Shown here piece after piece: positions 9,427 to 19,389 of a stretch of DNA of 33,379 nt; the first letter of the stretch is position 1; every line of letters starts with the position of its first letter. The notes under the pieces were generated by a model, which saw only the letters and a list, made by a program, of their open reading frames with translations, did not search any database and was not told where the DNA came from. The stretch lies in assembly GCF_001194135.2 (NCBI RefSeq), contig NC_068994.1, positions 26,903,020-26,936,398 on the forward strand, given 5' to 3'. The position numbers and the translations under genes were made by a program. The stretch is from Octopus bimaculoides. Taxonomy: Eukaryota.

Positions 9427-11520
9427 TTAGTTTTGAAAATACTTAAATGTGCAGGTGATGCTATGTACACATGACACCCTTAGGTCTAATCTATTATTAA
9501 TACGGTTGTTCTTGACTCTGTACTTAAGAATCTCATAAATTTCCATAGAACAAAACTCACATCCATATCTACTATCTCTACAAGGCTGTGCCTTCCATAT
9601 TATATCCCATTTAAGGCTAAATTTAGTCCTACTTTCCTTAAGTTCCCAGATCTTACTAGATCAAGATGTACTATTAACTTTATGTAAATGTCTAAACTAT
9701 GAAAGATGGTTATTAATGTTTTTCATATTTATTGAACACCCTACATAGATAAAACTACCAGTTTCAGTCACAATTGTGCATCTGTATTGGATTAAACAGC
9801 AACCTAATAACGGGCAGTGGGATTTTACTCTGCAATTGCAACTGGGAGCATTACTGCTATTAATATTATTGATATTCCTATCATTGTTATTATTACTACT
9901 ACTACTATAATTATTATCAGTATTATTATTACTGTTATTACTACTTCCTTCAACTATAGTATCATTTAAATTCATTGCAGCATCACCAGGCACTGCGTCA
10001 GTAATACCTGGGCTAGTATAAACATCAGAGTCACAGTTTATATTATACATATTAGATATATTAGTTCTGTTGTTCCGGATTCCTACACATCCATTATTAT
10101 TATCATCATTACAGGGTTTTAAATCATTATTAGCAATATAAGTATTATTATTAATTTCTCTTGCTAATTTTATATTCCTTCTACTAAACCTGGCTATGAT
10201 GGTACCTATACTGGGGAGGGTAGAATACGAGATTCTGATTGTCTTACAGGAAAATATTCCATTATATCTATGGGATGGAAGGAAGCTTTTTATCTAAGAT
10301 TGCCATTAATTTATTATATATGACGGTAGATATAGCACAATTGAAGGGAACATTATACCAGACTATATTACTCTTTCCAGATTTCTTATGTATATGAGGG
10401 CAAAAATCTATCAACTCTTCTGCCTTCCAAACACAACTTGATTATTAGGCATGGCTACACTATTGGTATTTATCTAGAGGGTGACATAATCCGCTCAATC
10501 ATCTCTTTACCATTATTATATAAACTATTAATCTTACTAACCTTAGAATCTATTCCCCTATTGTTACATATCTTATTCTTTGATTTAATAGGAGTGTTGG
10601 ATGCTTTCACTGTCGGTCTATTTTCCTGATCAAGTGGGCTTTTATTCTCTTTCTCACTTAAATTCCCATTATTGTTATTTGTAGGTGTTATACTTTCTGG
10701 ATTAAGAAAAGTGATCAATCTCCTGGTTATATCCTGTCTTATACAGAGTGAAGTTATAGTGGTAGGAGTAAGCCTTGAAAATGTCTATATTAGCTGATAA
10801 TTATGTAATTCTTCTAGAAATACCCTTAACTACTGATTTTAATGTATTAGGGGGATGATTAGAGGATTTCTTCACAAACCTTGTACCTTCAGCCGGTTTC
10901 CTATAGGGGTAGTATAGGCCTGAGTTAATATCTGAAGTAGTCTCTAAGAAGTTAGCCACTTTGTGCCATGTTCGAAAATGAGTCCTAAGTTGAAGCTTTT
11001 GAAAAATTTTCTAATTTTTTTCCTCATTTTTTTCTGTGACTGATTTATTATTACTAGGAATAATGAATAAAGCATCATCCCTATATAGACTGCCCTGTAA
11101 TTCAGGGATTTCACTACTAAGGCACTTTAGGAGATATGCACCAACTAAATCGAGATATGCACCAACTAAATCGAAATATGCACCAACTAAGCTGAATTGT
11201 TTGAGCCCATAGCAATATCAAAATTATCAGGGATGTCAGATCTCATCCATAACTTACCCTCAAATTCTATGATAGTTCTCCTAGCTAAAAGAATAATGTC
11301 TGTTTTCTCTCTAGTTACAAGAGAGAGATTTTTAGCAAATATCAGGGACTTGTTAAGGAGAATAAGAGATGTACTAAAATAATAACTGTTGATATCAAAT
11401 TGTATAAAGTACATATGTTTTCAATAGATTTGAATCAATGTATCATTTCGTCGGTATTACCCCATAATTTAAGAGATAGATTAGGAATTATTAGGGGTAG
11501 TATTCAGAATGGATTTACTA
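9427..11520 (-). mobile_element. 5'-truncated Penelope-like retroelement (RT + GIY-YIG), Naiad-like, decayed
   Basis: RT motifs FIQFDINSYY, FDIAMGSNNSA, LYRDD (11074-11085), YPYRKP..SSNHPP, IVWYNVPFN; linker CNCRVKSHC (CxCx5C); FIYVG; CEFC; SCVH; stop at 9427. Multiple stops and frameshifts. Confidence 0.85.
11131..11190. repeat. 21-bp tandem triplication inside the PLE RT
   Basis: GAGATATGCACCAACTAAATC x2 plus GAAATATGCACCAACTAA; encodes (D)LVGAY(F/L) three times on the minus strand. Confidence 0.95.
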
Positions 11521-11522
11521 AC

Positions 11523-11603
11523 ACAGTTCTATATGCAAAAGATGAGGAATTATGTACATTATTTACATTTGACGGATATTTGTCCTCATCTTGTTTGTTG
11601 TTA
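11523..11603 (-). mobile_element. 81-bp fragment of the Poseidon-like PLE terminal repeat/ORF start
   Basis: 77/81 identical to 16680-16760. Confidence 0.9.
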
Positions 11604-12167
11604 CTCCTATTTCTAACAATCCGCATACTGTCTATTTCATGGTAATGCTTTTTACAGCTAGGGCATACCTACACAAGAGTGTCCCACTGAATTTGTTTGT
11701 TCATAACTTTAGAGAAAATATATATTTTTAAATAAAATTTTCTACAAATATGCTTCTAATGGTGTACATTCCAACTATATCAGAATTTGTAGTGCAAACC
11801 TTTTTCTCGCTCCCATCAAAGCTGAATTGTTTGAATTTTCTGAAACTGCTTTCCCAACTTGCAGAAAATGTTTTTCACAGCAAACTCTAATATTATTGGA
11901 ATTTGAGCCATCTGAATTATTTCACTATAAAATTTCATAAAAAATATCCATTTTACTAAAAGTCAGGAAACAAATTCTGTGGGGCACAGTTGTGTAGTTA
12001 TTAACCTATATGAACATTTATATATATGCATACATGCAGGAAGATATTTTTACATATACATTCTGATGTATAAACATAACACATATATTTATATACATCT
12101 ACATATACATTCTTATATTTTTAAACATATAACTCATAGATGTATACTTTTATAATATATTACAGTT

Positions 12168-12235
12168 ATACATACATACATACATACATACATACATACA
12201 TACATACATACATACATACATACATACATACATGT
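12168..12235. repeat. (TACA)n microsatellite
   Basis: Direct inspection. Confidence 0.95.
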
Positions 12236-12837
12236 ATAATACTGCCAACACCAATACAACTACAAAGACATCTCCACTACAACTTTCATGACTACCACCA
12301 CCAATACTAACAATACTCCTTTTTCAGAAAACCATTGGGTGTCATGAAGAAATTCATCTTTGCATATGTTTCTTCCTCTCTCTCCATACGTTGAATTCAG
12401 TGAACAGCCGATGGCGGTGTATTTTATAACTGACCTTATCTGTTGATAGCCTCTAAAACAATTTCTGTTCAAATAAACTGGCAACAAGAGTCCCAAACAC
12501 AGAAACCAAGTGTCTATGAGGTCAAAAGATCTCCACAACACAACTGCAATTTCTAATGTTACATCAAATGCCTCATTCACAGTTTACACCAAGACACATT
12601 TTTTGTAGCTACAAATTCATCTTATCTGCAAAACACTTTGGAAACATCCCTTCTCTTACATGTATTACGTTAAAAATTATGCTATGCAATGTTGAAATAC
12701 CTTTTAACAACTTTTATTGTAAACAAAATGGGCATTATGATAGATGCCAATATGTGTCTTATGAATATGTTTGAGCACCGTATAGACCGCACCAAAAGAA
12801 TATATATAATCGCTGGAATCACTGTTATCCATACCTA

Positions 12838-12958
12838 CAGGCTTGTCCTTTACAGGTGCCAGTGCCTCATAAAATGCACCTGTGCCAGTGCTGTAGAAAC
12901 ACCCAGCACACTCTGTAAAGGAGTTGGCGTTAGGAGAGGCATCCAGTTGTAAAAGCCA
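12838..12958 (+). mobile_element. RTE-UTR-like repeat fragment
   Basis: GTGCCAGTGCC.CATAAAATGCACC twice, then GAGTTGGCGTTAGGAGAGGCATCCAGTTGTAAAA, homologous to 28060-28140. Confidence 0.6.
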
Positions 12959-13203
12959 TGTTTCAGTCATTGGACTGTGCCCATACTAAGGTACCTCATC
13001 AAAGAATTTTTAGTTAAATGAATCGACTCCAGTACCTAATTTTTTAAACCTACTTATTCTATTAGTCTTTTATGCTGAACTACTAAATAACGGGTATATA
13101 AACAGTTGTCAAGCAGTGGTGGAGGACAAACACACACGCACACACACACATGTGTTTGCTCAGGTGCACACACACACACGCACACACATGTGTTTGCTCA
13201 TGT

Positions 13204-13238
<35 letters not shown>

Positions 13239-13386
13239 ATGAGCTTCTTTGAGTTTCCATCTACCACATCTGCTTTGGTTGGCCTGACGCTATAGTAGAA
13301 AACACTTAACAAAGGTGTCATGTAGTTGGACGGAACCTAGAACTGTGTGGTTGAGAAACAAACTTCTTACCACTCAGCCATGCCTA
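12958..13386 (-). mobile_element. Near full-length CORE-type SINE
   Basis: Head at 13240-13386, internal (TG)n and 3' half ending ...AATGACTGAAA. Confidence 0.75.
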
Positions 13387-13485
13387 TATTTATAATAATA
13401 AGAAAATGGATGGAAATTCACAGTACAGTTAGAATAATTGTTGTAATTCATTTAGAAAATTCAAAAAACAAAAAATTTCATTTAA

Positions 13486-14553
13486 CCCTTTTGTTACTAA
13501 CCCGGCTGTAGCCAGCCGAAAAATTTTTTGGTTCATAAGACTAACCCGGCCGTAGCCGGCCGAGCGTACCCATTGTTATTTAAATGTATATTTGAACCCA
13601 AATCTCGTTAGTACATTCATTAAAACACCTGATTTCACTTTGCAAACAGTTGAGTTATTGTCTCCGACATTGTTTGGCGTGATATTTGAACTCAGTGAAT
13701 TTTGGAAGATTTTTTTCCACATTTTTTGCGGTGTTNNNNNNNNNNNNNNNNNNNNNNNNNNNNNNNNNNNNNNNNNNNNNNNNNNNNNNNNNNNNNNNNN
13801 NNNNNNNNNNNNNNNNNNNNNNNNNNNNNNNNNNNNNNNNNNNNNNNNNNNNNNNNNNNNNNNNNNNNNNNNNNNNNNNNNNNNNNNNNNNNNNNNNNNN
13901 NNNNNNNNNNNNNNNNNNNNNNNNNNNNNNNNNNNNNNNNNNNNNNNNNNNNNNNNNNNNNNNNNNNNNNNNNNNNNNNNNNNNNNNNNNNNNNNNNNNN
14001 NNNNNNNNNNNNNNNNNNNNNNNNNNNNNNNNNNNNNNNNNNNNNNNNNNNNNNNNNNNNNNNNNNNNNNNNNNNNNNNNNNNNNNNNNNNNNNNNNNNN
14101 NNNNNNNNNNNNNNNNNNNNNNNNNNNNNNNNNNNNNNNNNNNNNNNNNNNNNNNNNNNNNNNNNNNNNCTGCAACTGTAGATGAAATACGGGTATTTTT
14201 TGCCATAAATATTATTATGGGTATTAGACAGTTACCCAGAATAACAAATTACTGGAGCGATCAGGAACCTTTTGGTGATGAATATATTTCCAGTATTATG
14301 AACGAGTACGATTTGTGAAGCTGAACCAATATTTACATGTGAGAGACACTAGCAGTGCCCCAGAGACAAAAATTATACAATAGAATTGATTAAGAACCCT
14401 TTTTTTAATTATGTTCCAAATATCACATTAATATGTTGATAAATAAAAATGTTACAGGTGTTTAATGAGACTAGTCTAAATTCATGATTATTTTAGAATT
14501 TAATTGAAACTCATGAGGGGTGTATTTTAGTCAGAAATATAGTAATGAAAGGG
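13486..14553 (+). mobile_element. piggyBac transposon, internally deleted/non-autonomous, both termini present
   Basis: TTAA(13482-85)|CCCTTTTGTTACTA ... TAGTAATGAAAGGG|TTAA(14554-57); transposase fragment TVDEIRVFFAINIIMGIRQLPRITNYWS...RFVKLNQYLHVRD at ~14170-14350. Confidence 0.9.
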
Positions 14554-14741
14554 TTAAATATATTAGATCCTTTTACCTGACATTTACTCTAGGGGTTCTT
14601 TGAAGAAAAATTAGAAATGTAGGTACAGTAATGAGGATGTATAAAGAGAGATGGGTTTGTTGCAATTGGATGGAGAATTAAGGCATCAAATTGTAAGTTA
14701 GGGAATTTTCAATAAGGAATTCAAGTGCCAAACTAAACAAT

Positions 14742-15145
14742 ACAGTGTGGCTGTGTGGTAAGAAGCTTGCTTCCCAACTGCATAGCTCCAGGTTCAGTCC
14801 CATAGCATGGCACATTGGGTGTCTTCTACCATAGCCTCAGGCTGACCAAAACCTTGAGTAGATTTGGTAGACAGGAATTGAAAGAAATCTACCATATGTG
14901 TGTACGATTGTGTATGTGTGTGTATGCACGCATATGTGTGTTTGTCCCCACCAACATCACTTAGCAACCATTGTAGGAGTGTTTATGTCCCCATAGCCGC
15001 TAGGCTATGTGGACATAAGTACTAGGCTTAAAAGAAATAAGTCCTGGGGTTGATTCATTTGACTAAAAATTCTTCAAAGTGGTGCCCCAGCATGGGCACA
15101 TTCTAATGACTGAAATAAGTAAGGCGAAGTTAAAAGATAAAAGAT
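14742..15145 (+). mobile_element. Full-length CORE-type SINE (head, internal (TG)n, 3' half)
   Basis: GTGGCTGTGTGGTAAGAAGC...GGTTCAGTCCC...GATTTGGTAGAC...GTTTATGTCCCC...GTCCTGGGG...AATGACTGAAATAAGTAA. Confidence 0.85.
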
Positions 15146-15153
15146 ATGATGTG

Positions 15154-15191
<38 letters not shown>

Positions 15192-15194
<3 letters not shown>

Positions 15195-15360
15195 CAAATT
15201 CTTCGAATCACTTAGTTTAGAATAGGGGCAGCTGATGAAGGAAATATTCTCTATGTTGCCTGTTTGTTTTCTGTGCTCTGTTTATGTTCTGATTTTCATT
15301 TTGTCCACGTTTTTTTGTGACGTCCTGTACCCAGATATGCATCTATATATACACGTAGTT
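15192..15360 (+). mobile_element. Unclassified repeat, possibly a PLE-type terminal repeat
   Basis: GC-richer island between TA runs with CTGATGA..GAAA followed by a T-rich tail, organised like 4195-4365. Confidence 0.3.
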
Positions 15361-15415
15361 GTAGGTATGTACATACATGTACGTATATATGCATATACTC
15401 ACATATTATTTGTAT

Positions 15416-15446
<31 letters not shown>

Positions 15447-15457
15447 CATATGCATAT

Positions 15458-15525
15458 GAATGAGGAGAGCTGCATGAAAAAGTGTCACTCCCTTACAGTG
15501 GAGGGAAACTGTGGAAGAGGTAAAC
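15458..15525 (+). mobile_element. Tiny RTE LINE ORF 3' fragment
   Basis: NEESCMKKCHSLTVEGNCGRGK is homologous to DEESCVKKCHTQTVEEIWGRGR in the RTE at 22403-22597. Confidence 0.75.
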
Positions 15526-16759
15526 TCAGGAAGGGGTCACATCTAGACTCACCATCTGGTTGGATTCAATAGGGGTATCCTTGATCACTTCTGTGAAGTG
15601 GGTGGAATTCTTCACATACGATGTTGACTTTCCTGCTAGTGGACTGATTATATCCACAAGGAAGCGGCTTGGTGGTTGACATGCTGAACCTCTACAGCTC
15701 ACTATAGGTCTTAATGGAATACCATCCTTGTGAATCTTAGGAAGACCGTACATGTGTGATAGTTTACTTTGGTGTTGAGTCAGTTGTCTGTACTTCATTG
15801 GTGTAATATGATCCTTGTTCTTGATCAAGATCTGTGACAACTTCCTCTCTGTTTTCAAAGTAGGGTCTTTCTTTACTTTGCTCACTTATAAGACTTGCCA
15901 GGTTTTCTGAGTAGTCAGACTTGTTCATCACCACTGTAGCATTTCCCTTGTTTGCTGGAAGTATTACAATGGAATTGTCACCCTGTAGTCTTTTGATAGC
16001 AAACCTTTCTTCCTTAGTGATGTTTGGTTTGGGAAGTTTCACTTTTTCTAGTACCTGCCTCACTTTCCACCTTAGTTCATCTCCCTGCGCTTTTGGTATC
16101 TTTATGGCTATCTCTTCAATAGTGGTTATGTCCAAGTATGGAATACTCTTGATGGTTGTCGCAAATCTGAGACCTTTGTTCAGTACTGCTTCTTCAGAGC
16201 TTTCTAGGTGTCAGCTACTTACATTAATTACTGCTTTCACAGGTGGGTGAGGGTCTTCAGTTTTCATTCTCTGACCTTCGAGTTTCATAAACTTCTTAAT
16301 CTAGCGTGTCTTCACCATTTCAAATTCTTTCATGTATGACTTTTCTAGATCTTGTTGGATTCTCTTTCTATCATCATTTCTGGTTATTTTTCTAAGTAAT
16401 GAAGATAACCTGTCTTTGATTTCATTATTTAGTTGATGTTTTTTCCAACGGTTGTAATGGATCCTCTCGTGGACGAGGGCATGTCCTACCTTTTCCGCTA
16501 TTTTTCTAGCTTTATATGAATCCACTGGTGTCATTATATTCAAGCCAGGTGGTATTAGCTATGAGTTTCTACATCTACACAGGAAAGTTAGATGGTTTGA
16601 AAGACGAGCTAGTTTTTGATGAAGTTTCTCTATATGTCTCCATTGAAGTTTAATGTCGGCTCCATACTGATTAGATAATACAGTTCTATATTTAAGAGAT
16701 GAGGAATTATGTACATTATTTACATTTGATGGATATTTGTCCTCATCTTGTTTGTTGTT

Positions 16760-16805
16760 AACACAACGTTTTGGCTGATATACCCTCTAGCTTTCATGAG
16801 GTGTC
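16760..16805 (-). ncRNA. Hammerhead ribozyme copy with two core mutations
   Basis: GACAC-CTCATGA-A-AGCTA..CAGCC-AAAAC-GTT-GTGTT: stem I intact; G5 and G12 mutated. Confidence 0.6.
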
Positions 16806-16898
16806 TTGGGGAAATTTCGACCCTGGGTTCTCATTCCTAAGGTATTTTTCAATGTTGTTGTTGTTGTTGCTGTTGCTGTTGTTATTACTATTATTATT

Positions 16899-16966
16899 CA
16901 GGTCACTGCCTGGAATCAAACTCGGAATCTTGGGGTTAGTAGCCCGCACTCTTAACCACTACGCAT
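16899..16966 (-). other. tRNA-like module within the PLE terminal repeat
   Basis: GCGTAGTGGTTAAGAGTGCGGGCTACTAACCCCAAGATTCCGAGTTTGATTCCAGGC; inverted copy of 17316-17385. Confidence 0.75.
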
Positions 16967-17311
16967 GCAGCTGTGGTAGGTTATACAAAGGCGAAACATG
17001 TCGTCCCCTCAAAATAAGGGTAGAGGAACATTGCAAAGCTGTGACATGGGAGATATTGATAAAAAATTGGGTATAGCTGATCATGTATGGAAAAATGGAG
17101 ACTACCTCCCCCTGTGGGATGAAGTTAAAATAATAAACAGAGAACACCACTGGAAAATACGAAAACTAAAAGAAGCAGCACATATGCTAGGACACAACAA
17201 CCTCCTAAGCAGACTGAGTGCAGGTATGAACAGCATATAGGAACTGGTATTAAGGAAGGATAGGAGAATATTAGATTTATAAGCCCTAAAATTCACTCCA
17301 TAATTGCCCAC

Positions 17312-17385
17312 GGGCATATGGCACAGTGGTTAAGAGCGTGGACTACTAACCCCAAGATTCTGAGTTCGATTTCAGGCAGTGATCT
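17312..17385 (+). other. tRNA-like module (tRNA-Ser-like by eye) with A and B boxes
   Basis: TGGCACAGTGG (17319-29), GGTTAAG..TGGACTACTAA, GTTCGATTTC (17364-73); followed by (AAT)n. Confidence 0.75.
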
Positions 17386-17471
17386 AAAAAATAATAATGA
17401 TAATAATAATAATAATAATAATAATCGAAAAATATTTTAGGAATGAGAACCCAGGTTCGAAATTTCCCCAA

Positions 17472-17517
17472 GACGCCTGATGAAGGCTGGAGGGTATATC
17501 AGCCGAAACGTTGTTAA
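17472..17517 (+). ncRNA. Hammerhead ribozyme copy, core intact, stem I damaged
   Basis: CTGATGA(17477-83)-A-GGCTG(10 nt)CAGCC-GAAAC-GTT; a 2-nt deletion and a substitution weaken stem I. Confidence 0.65.
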
Positions 17518-17562
17518 CAACAAACTAGATGAGGACAAATATCCAACAAATGTAAACAATGT

Positions 17563-18044
17563 TCCTGCCCATGCTGCCACACTTGCCCTTACCTCTCCAC
17601 CACCACCCTCCTCACCGGCAACCATCATCAACCCTATCATATCACCAACACCTTCACCTGCGCTTCTACTAATGTCATCTACTGCATCTCCTGCTCTCTC
17701 TGCCCTTCTCTATACATTGGGCAATCAGGACGCTGCTTGGCTGACCGGTTCGCGGAACACCTCTGAGACATCCAACTCGGCAATGATACCCTGGTCTTGT
17801 GCCATTTCCGCTCTACCGGTCACTTATTGCACCACCTGTCTGTGTTCAGATTGTCCTTGCACAGGGGCCATCCAGACTCCCATTTGTACCGTGAACAGGG
17901 ATTGATCATCTCTCTTCACTCCTTTGCACCACATGGGCTCAACTTTCTTCCCCTTTTCATCTAACCCTCCTCCCCTCTTCTCTCTTCATCTCACACCTAC
18001 TTCCTCCCACCCACCTCTCCTCTCTGGCTCCAACTTCTCTTCAC
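17563..18044 (+). mobile_element. Neptune-like PLE 3' fragment (Cys linker + GIY-YIG + pyrimidine-rich 3' UTR)
   Basis: Frame not annotated in the ORF track: SCPCCHTCPY...FTCASTNVIYCISCSLCPSLYIGQSGRCLADRFAEHL*DI...CHFRSTGH...YREQGLIISLHSFAPHGLN; one TGA stop. Confidence 0.85.
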
Positions 18045-19389
18045 NNNNNNNNNNNNNNNNNNNNNNNNNNNNNNNNNNNNNNNNNNNNNNNNNNNNNNNN
18101 NNNNNNNNNNNNNNNNNNNNNNNNNNNNNNNNNNNNNNNNNNNNNNNNNNNNNNNNNNNNNNNNNNNNNNNNNNNNNNNNNNNNNNNNNNNNNNNNNNNN
18201 NNNNNNNNNNNNNNNNNNNNNNNNNNNNNNNNNNNNNNNNNNNNNNNNNNNNNNNNNNNNNNNNNNNNNNNNNNNNNNNNNNNNNNNNNNNNNNNNNNNN
18301 NNNNNNNNNNNNNNNNNNNNNNNNNNNNNNNNNNNNNNNNNNNNNNNNNNNNNNNNNNNNNNNNNNNNNNNNNNNNNNNNNNNNNNNNNNNNNNNNNNNN
18401 NNNNNNNNNNNNNNNNNNNNNNNNNNNNNNNNNNNNNNNNNNNNNNNNNNNNNNNNNNNNNNNNNNNNNNNNNNNNNNNNNNNNNNNNNNNNNNNNNNNN
18501 NNNNNNNNNNNNNNNNNNNNNNNNNNNNNNNNNNNNNNNNNNNNNNNNNNNNNNNNNNNNNNNNNNNNNNNNNNNNNNNNNNNNNNNNNNNNNNNNNNNN
18601 NNNNNNNNNNNNNNNNNNNNNNNNNNNNNNNNNNNNNNNNNNNNNNNNNNNNNNNNNNNNNNNNNNNNNNNNNNNNNNNNNNNNNNNNNNNNNNNNNNNN
18701 NNNNNNNNNNNNNNNNNNNNNNNNNNNNNNNNNNNNNNNNNNNNNNNNNNNNNNNNNNNNNNNNNNNNNNNNNNNNNNNNNNNNNNNNNNNNNNNNNNNN
18801 NNNNNNNNNNNNNNNNNNNNNNNNNNNNNNNNNNNNNNNNNNNNNNNNNNNNNNNNNNNNNNNNNNNNNNNNNNNNNNNNNNNNNNNNNNNNNNNNNNNN
18901 NNNNNNNNNNNNNNNNNNNNNNNNNNNNNNNNNNNNNNNNNNNNNNNNNNNNNNNNNNNNNNNNNNNNNNNNNNNNNNNNNNNNNNNNNNNNNNNNNNNN
19001 NNNNNNNNNNNNNNNNNNNNNNNNNNNNNNNATATGTATATACATACACACACGTGGATATCATCTTCATCATTATTTTAACATATACTTTTCCATGGTT
19101 GCAAGTATTGCAAGCATCTGCATATGCACGTGTGCACACACACACACACAAGCACGCACATACACACACACATGCACGCACACACATACACACACAAACA
19201 CACACACGTATAAACAGAGTTGTTATATAAGGTATTCACAATTTATTGTAAGTCAGTAGGACAATCTTCTTTCTTTGTCTCCTCTCCATCAACTTCCCCT
19301 CACATCTCCCACCAGCCACTTCTCTCCTATACTTCCCTTTCTTTGTCTTTCCTTTCCTCTCTCTACTTCTTCTGCTAACTGTCGACCAT

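Larger units (their letters stand above)
15526..16966 (-). mobile_element. Penelope/Poseidon-like element: terminal repeat, N-terminal region and first RT motifs (inverted half)
   Basis: TFLCRCRNS*LIPPGL, LPANKGNATVVMNKSDY, YGLPKIHKDGIPLRPIVS, NQMVSLDV; breaks off at 15526; frameshifts and stops. Confidence 0.9.
16963..17562 (+). mobile_element. Penelope/Poseidon-like element: GIY-YIG domain and 3' terminal repeat
   Basis: CSCGRLYKGETCRPLKIRVEEHCKAV.../IADHVWK...PLWDEVKIINREHHWKIRKLKEAAHM; terminal repeat 17316-17562 is inverted relative to 16713-16966. Confidence 0.9.

Noticed and set aside
9500-9845. Selenocysteine recoding in the Naiad-like endonuclease
   Set aside because: All conserved Cys codons are TGC/TGT; no in-frame TGA at those sites.
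16225-16262. Minus-strand CTGAAGA...GAAA...GTA inside the Poseidon ORF
   Set aside because: The intervening bases do not pair and there is no stem I.
17312-17385. Functional tRNA gene (also 350-415 and 16899-16966)
   Set aside because: No acceptor stem or proper cloverleaf, and embedded in repeats.
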